From Octopus sinensis (lineage: Eukaryota), in the NCBI RefSeq assembly GCF_006345805.1, contig NC_043004.1, positions 29,698,001 through 29,762,000 on the forward strand: 64,000 bases of DNA. The letters run 5' to 3'. Numbering within the stretch: the first letter of the stretch is position 1; the number at the start of each line of letters is the position of its first letter. A program made the translations under genes and the position numbers. A model generated the notes under the pieces. It had not been told where the DNA came from, made no database searches, and saw nothing but the letters and a program-made list of their open reading frames with translations. This document shows, piece after piece, positions 25,726 through 41,193 of this stretch.

Positions 25726-27124
25726 TATATATATTTTTTTGAGATTTTAAGAAGAGTTTGAAATTGGCTGCACTAGGTAACATTTATACACTGATCTTTC
25801 AGCAGTTTGTTGGAAAATTTCAGAAAAGTGCAAAACTTGGAAACATAATCTAAAGCTCAAAATGATATATATCTACATGCTAATTTATAATAAAAATATG
25901 AGGTCCCGAGGCAAAAAAAAAAAAGAAAAAAAAGGGCCTTGTTCAATACATAAAAAGAAACTCAAGTGGAAGTATTGGACACAGGGCACAAGGCTGGCTG
26001 CATAGTTAATAATTTATTTAGCAGTTATGTGCTCACAGATTCAATTGTACCATATAGAACTTCAAGCAAGTGTTTTCCATCAATACCTGGTGAGTGGAAT
26101 TTGCAAGGCTGAAAATGTGGAGCTCATCAAATGGTACCATTACCATTCTTTGATGATAGACTTAATTTACTCATTCAGTAAAATACCAGCTCATGGGTAT
26201 ACATTTAACATTCTGTTACTAGTATTGAAACTAGCTAACTTCAGTCCACTGGTCTTGGAGGCTCTAAAGAGAGTCTTTGACACTGCCCTTTGTCTAAGCT
26301 CTAAAAATATCTGGCAAAGATAAAGAATACGTACACCTGGTGGTTAGGGTTTTTTGTTACGCCCAAAACCAGAGACGTACATATTCTTTACCTCTGCCAA
26401 ATATTTTAGCAAACTCAGAGAGAAATATGCTCTGTACAGCAGTTAGAACAACCAGTTCACTAGATCTTGTTGGTCATTTCTGCAACCAAAGTCTAATTAT
26501 TTTAATATCAAAATAATTTAATTAATGTAAAGGGATTACAACTATAATGAAAATATAGTTACCAATTGAAAGGTTGGAAGTTCAGAAAGGTTTTGCTTTG
26601 GTTATCAAAAAACAGTTTGTGTAAAATGTTGTGAATCTGTGGATACTGGACAGAAATAACAGAAACTCGAACTGTTGGGCATGTAATGTTAACTTAGAGG
26701 CAGAGCAAAAATGAGACAAGACTGGCTTAAGAGTATAGGGGAGACAACTGCATTTGTATAGATTTGAATGAGGAAGGCTGATGAAAAACAATGTGCTAAG
26801 TACTAAGAAAAAAGGAATGGTAGGATGAAATGGATCCTAGGGAAGGAAGGATAGGGTAATCAATATGTCCAATCCCAGCTACAGATGGGAAAACAGACGT
26901 TATCTCATACTTAAGCAGAGTTGCTGTTATGAATGTAAGATGATCCATCTAGTTCATGTAAGTCTCTTTAAGTTTGAACAAAAATACTGTTTATAAATTA
27001 ATACATAAAACAAGGTACAATTTGATTTTATCTTTCGCTTAAAATGTTTCGGGTAAATTGTCTTAAATATTCATTACAGAAGGACAAGTGGCTGAGAAGA
27101 ATGTATATTGGAATAACAAATGCT

Positions 27125-27645
27125 GAATAGCCTGGGCAAAGTTCAGAGAGCTCTTACCTCTGCTGGTGACAAAGGGCCTCTTGCTCAGAGTAAAAGGTAG
27201 ACTGTATGACACGTGTGCGAACAGTCATGCTACATGGCAGTGAAACATGGGCCATGAATGCTGAGGACATGTGTAAGCTCACAAGCAATGAAGCCAGTAT
27301 GCTCCAATGGATGTGTAATGGATGTCAGTGTGCATACTCGACCTTGAGAGACAAGTTGGATTTAAGAAGCATCAGATGTGGTGTGCAAGAGAGACGACTG
27401 CACTGGTATGATCATGTGGAGAGCTGCGTGAAAACATGCCACACCCTAGCAGTTGAGGGAACCTGCGGAAGAGGTAGACCCAGGAAGACTTGGGATAAGG
27501 TGGTGAAGCATGACCTTCGAACATTGGGCCCCAATCTGCCAGATCGGATTGGAGTCTGGTGCAGCCATCTGGTTCGCCAGACCTCAGTCAAATCGTCCAA
27601 CCCATGCTAGCATGGAAAGCGGGCGTTAAACAATGATGATGATGA
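27125..27645 (+). mobile_element. RTE LINE 3' fragment joined to a (GAT)n-tailed repeat
   Basis: VRTVMLHGSETWA...RRLHWYDHV...GRGRPRKTW is a typical RTE ORF C-terminus. Confidence 0.85.
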
Positions 27646-27714
27646 AAGTATGCAGTATAAATAAACGATGAGCAAAAGCCTTGTAAAAGATCTACATAAC
27701 AACGATAGTAAAAT

Positions 27715-28880
27715 AATAGGCAAAAGGCCAGAAATTTTGAGAGGAGGGAACTAGTGAATTACATCAACCCTGGTGCTCAACTGGTACTCATTTTATTGAT
27801 CCCAAAAGGATGAAAGACAAAGTCAACCTCAGTCGAATTTGTACTCAGAATGTAAAATGTTCCGTTTTCTCTGGTGTACTAATAATTCTACCTGCTCAGC
27901 GCTGCAGCCACCAATTTAGAGGCAATTTTAGAATTGAAATTTCAAAATATATTCACCTCATTAATTTTCATTACATAGACTGCAATGTCTAATAATATAA
28001 TGGCACCTAATTAGAAGTAAGAATGCCTAATATATAACTAAAAAAAAAAAAAAAAAAAGAGCCCCAGTAATACACTTAACCCTTTAATGTTCAGATTACT
28101 CTGTTAAATGTAATGCCTTTTCACTCAAATTGTTTTGAATTAATCATGCATTATCTTATAGCTTTGAGGTTTCAATGATGTGAATATTTATTTTTAGAAT
28201 GTCAATGTAGGTTAGGTGTGAGAGGCTAGATATGGCTAGTTCAAATATAAAACATGTAGAATATATTGGGCCGGATGTGGCCAGTTTAAACAGTAAAGGG
28301 TTAATCAATTACAATATCTCCACAACAAAAATTGGCCTTGTACTGTATAAAAACAAAATCACTATTATTCATTGCAATATAATTAATCTTCAAATTTTAT
28401 ACAATAGTTCACTCACAAATTCAAGCCTAAATGTTTCTTAAATAGGATAAATAGTTTAATGTCATATAATTCTTTCCACTAAAGGTACAAGGCCTGAAGT
28501 TTTTGGGGGAAGGGGCTAGTTGATTTATATTGAGTCCAGTACATAACTGGTGCTTATTTCATCGACACCAAAAAGACAAAAGGCAAAATTGACCTCAGAA
28601 CATCAAGACGATTCTGCCAGCTTGCTGCCTTAACAACAACAACAACAATAATCCTTTCTACTGTAGGCACAAGGCCTGAAATTTGTGTGTGTGTGTGGGG
28701 GCTAGTTGATTACACTGACCCCAGTCTTTGACTGGAACTTAATTCATTGACCCCAAAAGGATGAAAAGCAATGTTGACCTCGGCAGAATTTGAACTTAGA
28801 ATGCAGCAACAGGCAAAGTACTGCTAAGTATTTGGTCCAGCATGCTAACGATTCTGCCAGCTCACCGCCTTAATAAATAA
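27715..28880 (-). mobile_element. Cluster of SINE copies (2443-2668 family)
   Basis: aactggtac...gaccccaaaaggatgaaag...gacctcggcagaatttgaac segments at about 27715-27900 and 28475-28880. Confidence 0.8.
28080..28300. mobile_element. piggyBac-type MITE
   Basis: TTAA|CCCTTTA...TAAAGGG|TTAA termini. Confidence 0.85.
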
Positions 28881-29079
28881 TAATAAATCTTACTGTATAC
28901 AGTGCTCAGTACAATTCATAAGAAAAGGTTAAAATAGGGGATAACTGACTATGTCTAGTCAAATTTAATCAATTGTTGTTGAATAGAAAAAAAAAAAAGA
29001 GACCCATCACTGTATGACTTTGAAAAACCTATTCAAAACTGCATTCACTCAAGTTTTATAACAGATGTGCAAATAAGCT

Positions 29080-29131
29080 AAACAGAAGAAAAAGAAATAA
29101 GTTAAAAATTGCAACCAGAACACTTTTTATT
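29080..29131 (-). promoter_or_regulatory. Candidate distal polyadenylation site for the ITM2 gene
   Basis: AATAAA (29126-29131), CA about 15 nt downstream, then a U-rich tract ttatttctttttcttctgttt. Confidence 0.4.
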
Positions 29132-29874
29132 GAAAAGAATACAAACAGTTGGAATGCTAAAAGCAAGAAATTTCATGACAAAATGGCTGCACACACTCAC
29201 ACACACACGAGTAATTATATTTGTATGTATATATGTATGTAGTTCTATTTATGTATAAAATAAGAAAACCACTGCGGTTTAGTTAGGAACTTATAAAAAC
29301 TGGGCTTTTTATTGACAGTAACAACAGTGCTACAACATAGGACAGCTGCAAGGGAAAGAAATTGTCTAAAAGCACATTAAATTATTTAACTATAACTATA
29401 ATAATCAAAGCTCAACTACTTTTTGAAATTTAATGATTCGCTTATTACACAGGTTACATGCATAACAATTTAGCTGCATGTGTGCGTATGCATACAAATA
29501 TGTATTTACACATGCACACCTACAAATATTTACAAAAAGATTTCAATCCAGTTAATATTCTGATGGGGTCATTTCATTATTTCACAACCAGAAATTACTT
29601 TACAAGGCGGGTTAAACTGTCTTTACAGCAAATTTTTGAAAGAGTTAAATGTATGTACGTATGTATGTATAGATATTATGTATATTATATGTGATTCACT
29701 GAATAAAATTCTGTGCCAAAAGTTAGTGATGAAAAGAACAAGGATTAAAAAAAAAAAAAAAGCATCAGTATACAGAATTCTCTACTCTACAGATGCTAAG
29801 TTTGACCATACTTAGTTGAATGAAAATTTAGATTAAAAATTCCTTGTATTAACTGATTTTTTGGGAAATTCCCA

Positions 29875-31527
<1,653 letters not shown>

Positions 31528-32796
31528 GAACAATAATATTGTGAAATAATTAAGAAAAAACCATGTCAAAATTAAACTGAAATTATTAAGTAGTATGAAA
31601 GCAGATCAATGTTGCCCTTCATTTTTTTCAGGTGGGGTCAATAAATAAAGCCCCAAGTGCAGGGAGACGGATTGGTGAAACTGATAGAATAGTGAAGATG
31701 CCTTGCAGTATCGTGTTCCAACTCTTTACATTCTGAATTCAAATTTCGCCTAGATGTTGATCACTGCTGGAGTACTCTGTCTGACACACAATTAGCCAGT
31801 GTGTGTGGACAAGTAGGCCTATAAGCAGCATAGAGAAGCCAGCAGAGGCATGCTGAGGTTTCATCCAGCAGTGGATTTTAAACAGCTGAATGGAAGTGAA
31901 AACGTAAGCAAGTATTAAAGTAATTTAATAGCATTACAATAATTCAAAGTTATTTTGTTCTTAATCTTCACTTCCTGATATTTCAATCACTATGGAATGT
32001 CAACTCGCTGAAATGTTTTAGAAAATCTCTATAGAGAAAATACATATCATACTCATCTTTCTCTTATTTTAAAAAACTAAAATAAATATACATACTTTTA
32101 GAAAATCATTCCCCCCCCCCCCATGAAACAAAAAATAAAATAAAATATAAAGAAATATTTTATTATTAAACACTATTTTATTATTGAAAAGTACAATTTC
32201 TTTCAAAACTTGGAAAATAAAATATCTAAGAATCATTTCTAATGTTTATAATACAATATTTATGTAATCAGATGCACAGATGCACAGAACAAATCAATTT
32301 CCTACAATGAATCGTTAATAACGCATTGGCTATGATTATAAGCAAAAATATTAAAGAGAACCAAAACTCTACAATCAAATATACAAGGATTTATTCAGTG
32401 TACAAATAGAAAAAAAAAATTTAGTACTCTTTATGGTAATATATCCTTAAATATTTTTATATCATTTGGTAATAAAATTTAAAACAATTAGTGAAACAAA
32501 GAAAATATAAGACTGAAATGTTTACATTTGAGAGAGAAAGAGAGAGAGAGAGAGAATAAAACAGTAAGCTATTATTTTAGTTCATTTATTCAATACTTTG
32601 ACCTAATGTAATATAAAGTGTTTATGCATTATATGAGTATTGGTTAGAATACATATTTAGGGTTATATGTCTAAACATCTAATAATTCGTTGCAAATATA
32701 CACTGATGTAGGTTGATCATGATTAATTAACAGAATAAACAGTAAAAACAAAAACTAGAGATTATGATTCACATAAAATTTTACTTTCATGTATTT

Positions 32797-32900
32797 TCAC
32801 AGCATGTTGTTTATATCCAAAACCTCCAACTTATGCAAAAATGTTTTGTGATCATACAACCCATATGTAGGATCACTACCTGGTGGATATCTGGCACGAA
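32797..32900 (-). CDS. ITM2: ITM2-family gene, probable exon 6 (last coding exon)
   Basis: Acceptor tctttttcag; phase 1 continues exon 5 as (F)RARYPPGSDPTYGLYDHKTFLHKLEVLDINNML-stop, followed by AT-rich, SINE-free UTR-like sequence. No homology support by eye. Confidence 0.6.
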
Positions 32901-33634
32901 CTGAAAAAGAACAGGTAAGCATAAATATAACCTTTTTCAAACATTTTTCTTTCATAATAGGTGGTTGACTTTTAAAAATCTAGATATTTAAAAAAAGTGG
33001 TTTGACATATACAGGTTTTCACAACTGTCCATTTTTCAGTTTTCCAAAGACACTAATGTAAAATGTAGATTCGATTCCAGTCAGCTTGACTAAGACAAAT
33101 TAACTGGCCTTGCACATTGGGAATTGTATGACAGTAGAATCTAAACAATAATTTACTCTCTAATACTTTTTTGATAACACAACAAAATATTATTAAGTGT
33201 TTAAGATTTGAGGAGCTTAAAAGATTAATATTTGTATGAAAGGTTGTGAAGTTGAAAACTGTCCGACATGGGGAGAAAAACAGAGAAAGCAACTGTGTTG
33301 GGAATGGAAATTAACATCAACACAAAGAAAAAAACATTATGCAGGCAGTGGCAGTAACAACATGGTGTATTACAGACCTGTTGAATTCATGATAGTAGAG
33401 GGAAAATAGATATGATGATGAAAACATTCGACATTGGGCAAGTTATTTTTTCTTCTTTTATATGAATAGATTAGAGAATACAAAATACTGTTACCTATCT
33501 ACCTAATGAGCTCCTACATAAGTATTCATTTTACATGTTTTTCCATGCTAGCCTGGTTTAGACACACTTGAGGCAGTAGCTTACAACCAGATGCTTTTTT
33601 CTGTTGGCAACGCTCTTCTGTTTTTCAAATGAGA

Positions 33635-34625
33635 GATTTTGTTTGCAGTATATATGAATGACATGGATACCAACTTAAAGAATGCTACAGTGCTGAAATA
33701 TGCAGATGACATCAAGCTACACTTTGAGATAAAATGGACAGATTCTGAACACTATAGGCCTTTCCTGCAATCAGGCCTGGACACAATGCAACAATGGATC
33801 ATGGACTGGCAACTCAAGCTGGCTGTGGACAAGTGTACCACCATGCATTTGGGGAGGAAAAAATCCAGTGTCCACATACTCTCTCCACAACACTAGTATC
33901 AAGAAGTCATCTTGTGAACGTGACCAGGGCATTACTGTTAGCAGTGATTTGCACAGGACAAAGCACATTTCTAAAATTGTCAAGAAGGCCGAAGGTTTCT
34001 TGGCATCACTCAGCAAGACCTTCGTCAGCCGTTTTCCAGCTATCTGTATATGGCTATGATGTAGCCACACTTGGAATTTGCATCACCAGTCTAGAACCCC
34101 TATATTGCTCAGGACACTGACCTCCTGGAAACTGTTAAGAGATGTGTGACCAAGTGAATACTCTCCATCAGTCATCTACCATACCCTGAATGCTGCCTTG
34201 CTTCCCTGGGCAGCTCCAACATCTGGCAACTGACTTGGTAAACACTCACAAAATTACTAATCAACATGCCAACAACCACCTTGAGCTCCATGTGTCTAAC
34301 ACATGTCGGCATTCCTACAAAGTCAGAAAACAGCACAGCTCCCACAACTTTTGGAAATATCTGTTTCACAAGCAGAGTTGCTGACGCATGGAACAAACTA
34401 CTTGCATCAGTTGTTAGTTGCAGAGACATTGCATACTTTAAACCTCCATATTTCCTGAAATATACCAACACTACACCTGATATCCCTGCCTCCATATGCA
34501 TGCACATATGTATATCATGACTCGTACACCGTCCACTTTCATGATTTTTGTACATAATTCAACGTACTGTACATGCACATCTGACAAGTTGTAGTTCACC
34601 TGAGCACTATATACAATTTCATTAT
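33635..34625 (+). mobile_element. CR1/L2-clade LINE 3' fragment
   Basis: VLKYADDIKL (YADD), DKCTTMHLG, RVADAWNKL; tail cacctgagcactatatacaatttcatt is repeated at 35620-35740. Confidence 0.9.
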
Positions 34626-34627
34626 AT

Positions 34628-34968
34628 TGGTGACCCCCTTCGGTCAGACACTGACCATGGGTTTGCATCTAGAGAGTTACCCTCTGAGGCACAAGTCTGG
34701 GCAAGGTTGTTTTATGGGAGACCAGCAGTCGCCCATGCATACCGGCCTCCCCTCTCCACGTCACCGATGTTGTCCAAGGGAAAGGCAAAGGGGCTGATAC
34801 AGCTTGGCACCTGTGACGTCGCAACTTATTTCTACAGCTGAGTGAACTGGAGCAACGTGAAATAAAGTGTCTTGCTCAAGAACACAACACGCAGCCCGGT
34901 CCGGGATTCGAGCTCACAACCTCACGATCGTAAGCTCGACGCTCTAACCACTGAGCCACGCGCCTTCA
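34628..34968 (-). mobile_element. tRNA-derived SINE, young copy
   Basis: Minus strand ggcgcgtggctcagtggttagagcgtcg...gagctcgaatccc head, then gttcttgagcaagacacttta core. Confidence 0.9.
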
Positions 34969-35094
34969 TTATATTATATTATTATATTATATATATATAT
35001 ATATTACTTGCTTCAGTCATCTGACTGCAGCCAACTTATTTTTAGCAGAAAGAATTGACCCCAGCACTTAGCTTACACACACACACACACACAT

Positions 35095-35845
35095 GCACAA
35101 ATAAGTACATAAGTGCAAAACAAGGTGGTAAAAATCCTCAAATAAAAATGTTATTTGTACCGTAATGTTATTTTATTAAAACTCCCAAAAAACTCCAAGT
35201 TTAACGTGACCATTCACCAGACTTATGATAATACAAACTAGTAAAGAAATTTTGTAAATTGTGAGAATATACAAGCATTTATCAGTTCAATGAATAAGCA
35301 TTTAAAGCTGATTGGGCAACTATTTTAAACAGTAGTGGTGTATAGTGGGGATTGACTGTAACATAAATATATAGGAATACTAGTTGAATTGAAAAACTTA
35401 GTGTAGGTGCAAGTGAAAATATAATAATCGGAATGAGATAGACTATGTCAAGAGTATTACAAGGATTAAACAGAATAGAAGTGGGCCAAAACTTTAAATT
35501 AAAGATTTATATATCTATACATACATATGTGTATGTGTGTGCGAGTAAGTAAATATATATATTTATATGTTTTTTGTAAAAGGTATAAGCAGAAATGGAT
35601 TACTAGTCTGCACACGCAAGCATGTATCTGACTTATACACTGTTCACTTTCCAAACATTTGTACATTACTGCATATACTTTATACGCACTTTTGACAAGT
35701 TGTGGTGCACCTGAGTACTGTATACAATAATTTCATTATATATATATATATATTTATATATTATCACACCTGTCTGAAGAAGGGTCATGTGAAACTCTGA
35801 GAAACAGTTTGGGAAGATTTTTCTTAGCTTTATTAAAATAATGTG
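35095..35845. mobile_element. Penelope-like remnant with inverted terminal segments, each holding a degenerate hammerhead
   Basis: Plus 35770-35807: CUGU-CUGAAGA-AGGGUCAUGU-GAAA-CUCUGAG-AA-ACAG. Minus 35191-35222: GU-CUGGUGA-AUGGUCACGU-UAAA-CUUGGAG-UU. Confidence 0.6.
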
Positions 35846-36054
35846 TGTGCACAGATATATATCTTTTATCTTTTGTTTCAGTCATTAGACTATGACCACA
35901 AAAAGTTTTAGTTAAATAAATTGACCTCACTACGTTCTTTTTAAAGGTTTGGTACTTATTCTATTGATCTCTTTTGCCAAATCTCTAAGTTACAGGGATG
36001 TAAACAACCCAACACCACTTATCAATTGGTGGTGGGAGAACAAACGGTCCTAAA

Positions 36055-36089
<35 letters not shown>

Positions 36090-38399
36090 CAGGCTTCTTT
36101 TATTTATATACACACACACACACACACGCACGAACATCATCATTTGACATCCATTTTCCATGCTAGCAAAGATAGGATAATTTGACAGGGTTCAATAGGT
36201 CAGAGAACTAGGTCTTGTTCCAATGTCTCGGTTTTGGAATGGTTCCCATAGTTGGATGCCCACCTTACTGAATGTATTGGGTACTTTTTTAATTATCATT
36301 TGTGGTATCTTTAAAGGTATAGTCTTGCTGTCAGCAAAACTAAAAAGCCCTTTCAAGCTCTGCGCTGTCTTGTTGTTGCTTGAATCAGTTACCAATCACT
36401 AAGAGTTAACGGAGGGCTTTTTAATGGTACTGGCATGTTGGGGTTATAGTGCAGCTTGCAATCTGAAAGTGTCCCCTTGACAGAAAGAACAGACTTATTG
36501 TTAGAGGATGATTACAGTACAAATAACAGAGGAAACAATGTGGGGTGGGAGTAAAAGTGATAATGGAGAGCAAGAGAAGGATAATGTGAGGGATTAGTGT
36601 GAAAATGATAGGTTGAAGAGGAGAACCCAGTTATTGGATGGGTCAGCCCATTTTATATGCCTAAATAGGTTAAGTGGTTTGTTAGGATCCAAGACAGTTC
36701 TTACAGTACTTTCAAAAGTTTATTGTTCAGAGAGTGATTCCACAGTGGGAGATGTAGTTCTAGCTCAGGCTGCATATGGGTGGAGATTAGTGAGAGCTTA
36801 AGAATGATAAAGACAGTGGGAAGAGGAATGGGGTTGAGGAGGAGATGCAATGCTTCCCTACATAACAAATGGGTGGGTAGAGTGGTGTAGAGGAGAAGTA
36901 TGATGAAAAGGGTGTTTTTGGACCAACAATACTTGCAAAAGGTTCAGTGTTGGCTCATTCAGGTAATATTTAATCTGAGTGATGTCAGACATTGGGAGTG
37001 CATGAAGGAAACAGATATATTGCTCTGGTTACAATCTCTAAAACCTTACCTGCCATGAATTTTTTTGATTAAATCATCACATAAGTTATTACTTAAAGCA
37101 TGATTAGAACGTATTTCTCATAGAGAGTTTCAATACAAAAAATAACTCCAGACAAAAAAAAGGAGAAAATTCAGTGACAATTTGTTACAAGGTCAGCAAT
37201 TTCAGGGGAAGGGATAAGTCAAATACATCAACCTCAGTGCTTAACTGGTACTTATTTTATCAACCCTGAAAGGATGAAACGCTAGGTCAGCCTCAATGGA
37301 ACTTGAATACTAAATGTAAAGACAGACAAAATGCCGCTATACATTTTGCCTTGCATGCCAACAACTGTCAGCTCATCCCCCAAGTGACACTTTAAATTAA
37401 TAGCAAATGTTACAGAAAGTAATGAAATGATTGAGGAAGGGATTAAAACTTACTCCCTTAGATTAGGGAGTTCATAACTCCCTTTAAAACAAATGTAAAC
37501 AAGGGAAGTTTGATTTGTCTGGTGGTATAGAACTAACTGATAGATGCAGTGTGGCTGTGGATTCATGCTGTACAGCACAATAAGAGTTAAGATGGAGGGA
37601 GAGTACAATGATTTGTTGAGTGCAGAGTAAGTAGAAGGATGTGTGTAAATGAGTAGCAAAAATCAGTAGGTGAATATCAAAATCATTTTCCAACGTATGT
37701 AGAACTGACTGTAAAGATATGTGGTAAATATGCAATTTAGGGATTTAAAAAGTGAAAGTAAATTGATTGGCAGTAATGATAATGAAATCTTATAATTTCC
37801 TGTGCACAATCTAAAGTGAATTGACAAGAACACCACGGCTGCTTCTCATCAATTCTTTTTGTACAGCTCAGCAGTTAGGATTACTGCCTTGCTCACATGT
37901 ATTGGCTATCATATGTCTACATGTAAGCCACTGAATTACCTTCATAGTGGTGTTTGTTGTTGGGTACAGCACATTGGAATAGTGTATCTCAGCTGTTATT
38001 TTTGAAATACTTAAAATATCACTAGAAGGCACTATACAAGTGGATGCTTGTGGACACATCATAATGAGAGAGTTCAGTTAATAGAATTTAGAGGATTTAT
38101 CAGTTTTTTTTTTATGCTGTCTACATGAAGTTAGGAAAATGTCAGTGTTGTCATTTCTGGTCAATTTGCTTTCATTTTTTTGAAGCTAATACACTGCATT
38201 TTAATTGGGTGTGTAATATGAATAAAAAAACATAACATGGAATGGTTAACAGGAAGTACAAGAGCAAAAACTTATAACAAAACACTTAAACAAGACAGGG
38301 TTGGGTGTTATAACGTCAGGCAAAAAATATTCTTGAGTGTGTCAACATGAAAAATAAAACAAATGGCAGATAATGATAGTAATGAGCAGCAAAACTTAC

Positions 38400-38547
38400 A
38401 CTTATCAAGCTTTCTCAACATGTATGTATGAAATGTACCACATTCCTTTCTTACTTGCTGTCCCAGTATGCTCAGATCCTTGGTTGCTGGATGTACAATA
38501 GTGTAAGTCTGTCTTACAACAGTAGCACGAGGAACATAGTAGCCAGT
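38400..38547 (-). CDS. ITM2: ITM2-family gene, exon 5 (BRICHOS C-terminal part)
   Basis: ttgcag|TGYYVPRATVVRQTYTIVHPATKDLSILGQQVRKECGTFHTYMLRKLDK+T|gtaagt; carries the second BRICHOS Cys (C....TY pattern); 148 nt, ends in phase 1. Confidence 0.93.
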
Positions 38548-40383
38548 CTGCAACAATACAATAACAATAATAACACTCAGTCTAAATTAAAGTATAAAAG
38601 AATTGGTTCTTAAAGAATATACTCAATTACTAACTTTCACTGTCAACAGATACCCTGAATGATTTAATTAAATATCTATACTAGAAAATGATACAAATGT
38701 ATATTTTACTAACAAGGATTAATATATTTAAATTTAGAATTTAATACTTTAATAATCTATAAATAAAATTCAGTTATTTTTCATATGCCTGCTTTCCATG
38801 GTTTATTTTTATAATTGCAGATATTACTTGTAAATATACTAATTCTTAAAACTACTAAAAATAGCAGCCACTCATCCAAACATCTATCAGACAAAGTTAA
38901 AAGAGCAAATGTAACTGTCTGTTGCTACAGTGACTAGGTATCTGGGTTTATTATATTCTGAATGGTCAACATGAACCACAATATACAGCAAATGTAACTA
39001 TCTCCTGCTAAAGTGACTAGTTACCTGTTTCACTGACTGAACTGACAAGAAACAACAAGAGTCCTGTTAGAACCAACAGTGATAACAAAAATCTATTTGT
39101 GCCAGAATATACGAAGAATTTGAAAACAGCTTTGCTTAGTTATTTTTAAGAAGACACTAGACCTAGCCACAATCTTTCCAAGAAAACAAAACCATTAGAT
39201 TATTTTTTTTCTTACTTTTTCCTTTGAAGCATTTACTGTGGAAACCAATCAATATACAGAACAAAGAACAAAAACAGGTAGTTTGAGGTTTCCCACATGT
39301 TAATAAGAAATCCAAGCATTTTTAGGAATATTGTGTGTGTGTGTGCATATATTTAATTTATATATATATATATATATATATAAGTTTGATTTATAAATAT
39401 ATTTTTCAAATTTATCTCATTTGTATATGTTTGCACTTTTATGTATGTGTGTGAGTTTATTTCATTTAGCTGATGTATATTCTGTTCTTTAGTTTTCTTC
39501 AAAGATAAACTCCAGCATTTTGTTGTTTTACCTATGTAATAATTTCAACTGATAGATAATCCAGTAATTTAAAAGATCCTTATCTATTAAAATTTTGTTA
39601 TATACTCAATGAATATTAGCAAATAGCTCATTTACCATGGTGATGTTTAAACAGAATTTTAATAATTTTGAATTTTGCTGAATTTATCTACATCTACCTG
39701 TAATTAGATTCAATTTGAGATGAACATTATGCAATAGATTTCGTTAAGAACCTTGTTAAATTGTATTCCAAAAATCATATGATGATAAATAACAAAGTTG
39801 GAGTTGGTATGAATTCACAATTATTTTAGAATTTAATTGAAACTCATAAGGAATGTATTTTGGTAAGAAATTCAGTAAAAAAAGAGATAAAGTTAATCCT
39901 GATAAACAGTGTACCTTCGTTGTAATCTTTAACCCCATACATATGCAATCATCACCTTAACCACAGCAACAGGGGTTCCCAACTTAGAATAAGATGGCAT
40001 TTCAGGTGTGAAGAAGAAACTATTAGAAAATCAATATTTTCATCTTCAAATGCAGAGAGTGTAAAATTTTATCAAACATTTCCATGGCTGTGAGGTTAAA
40101 AAGCTTGCTTTTCAACCACAGAGTTTTGGGTTCCACCTCCTTCAACAAATTCAGTGTGGGTCACATGGGATTCGTTGAAGGAGATTTTCTACAGCTTGAT
40201 GCCCTTCTTGCTGTTAACCCTCACTCATTTCCAAAGCAGAGTAATATTTCCCCATGGACAGACATGTTTTCATGGAAAATTGGGAACAAGTGGGCCCCAT
40301 TTCTCAAAGCCTTTTCATTAGTTTTAATTGATCAAGAAAAATCAAGATGAAATTTTTAAAATTGTAAATTAAATTAAACCTAC

Positions 40384-40494
40384 ATTTAACTTAGTAAGCA
40401 AATCCAACAGATTCTTGGGAGGAGCAATAACAGACTGGTTCAATTTCATAACAAAACACTTTTTAATGTCTTTGTCCACGATAGTAGTAAAGTT
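40384..40494 (-). CDS. ITM2: ITM2-family gene, exon 4
   Basis: tttcag|NFTTIVDKDIKKCFVMKLNQSVIAPPKNLLDLLTKLN|gtaggt; first BRICHOS Cys and the PP.NL.DLL motif; 111 nt. Below the ORF track cutoff. Confidence 0.95.
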
Positions 40495-40959
40495 CTGAAA
40501 AGAGAAATTAAGAAAAAAGTAATTGACAATTGAAAAATTAGAACATATCTAAATTTCATTTTTAATTCAATAATTTTACTTGATATATTGTGACATAAAA
40601 TGCAAGCAAAAGAATGAATGATATTTTTTTTAGTTGTATTTAGAAAAGGTATTAGAAACTCGGAATAGATTTTATATTTATTTCAGAAAACATTGAAGCT
40701 ATGTAAAATTAAAAATATTTATAGATTATTTCCCCTATAACTTTTTCTTTCATGCTGTAGACCTAAAAACTAAAATACAGAACTCCCCACCCAAAAAACA
40801 GTAACTAATTATGACAGTGTATTTGACTTAGTGATTAAGAAATACTTCAATCAGTCAAATTCTGAACAACTTGTGCCATCACCTAGTAAATAAAAGACAG
40901 GTTGCTAATCTTTCAATTTCAAAGTATACAATGGCTAAATTACAAACACAAGTACTCAC

Positions 40960-41193
40960 CCTTTCAAAATCATGAAAAATCACTGCATCCTTACAATCAT
41001 CAAATTTGGGTATCTCAACTCTTTCAAAATAATTGTCAATTACTTCAACATTTTCTTCAAAAAATGAAATTGCACGAAGGTTTGAGTCTGGGTGCCCATG
41101 AGTTTGAAGCTTGTTGGACACTGGGGAAGAATGCTTATAATTCCTCATAACAAAATCCTGAACATAGGTTACTCCACATCGCCCTCTGGTTAC
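40960..41193 (-). CDS. ITM2: ITM2-family gene, exon 3
   Basis: tttacag|VTRGRCGVTY...FEENVEVIDNYFERVEIPKFDDCKDAVIFHDFER|gtgagt; CG and HDF motifs typical of ITM2; 234 nt. Confidence 0.95.

Noticed and set aside
34890-34968. tRNA-like sequences here and at other SINE heads
   Set aside because: They run directly into SINE bodies and do not form a full cloverleaf, so they are not tRNA genes.
37452-37484. Overlapping alternative hairpins (ctccct..agggag / gggagtt..aactccc)
   Set aside because: Stems of only 6-8 bp; plausible by chance or local micro-duplication.
37737-37867. Minus-strand frame CTKRIDEKQPWCSCQF...C as an ITM2 last exon with KR and Cys
   Set aside because: The only nearby AG (weak GAG) gives phase 2, incompatible with the phase 1 donor at 38400, and there is an in-frame stop just upstream.
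38074-38120. Alternative ITM2 last exon YSIKKKLINPLNSIN after ttttcctaacttcatgtag
   Set aside because: Phase-compatible but short, built on a poly-A run and without homology; unsupported without RNA data.
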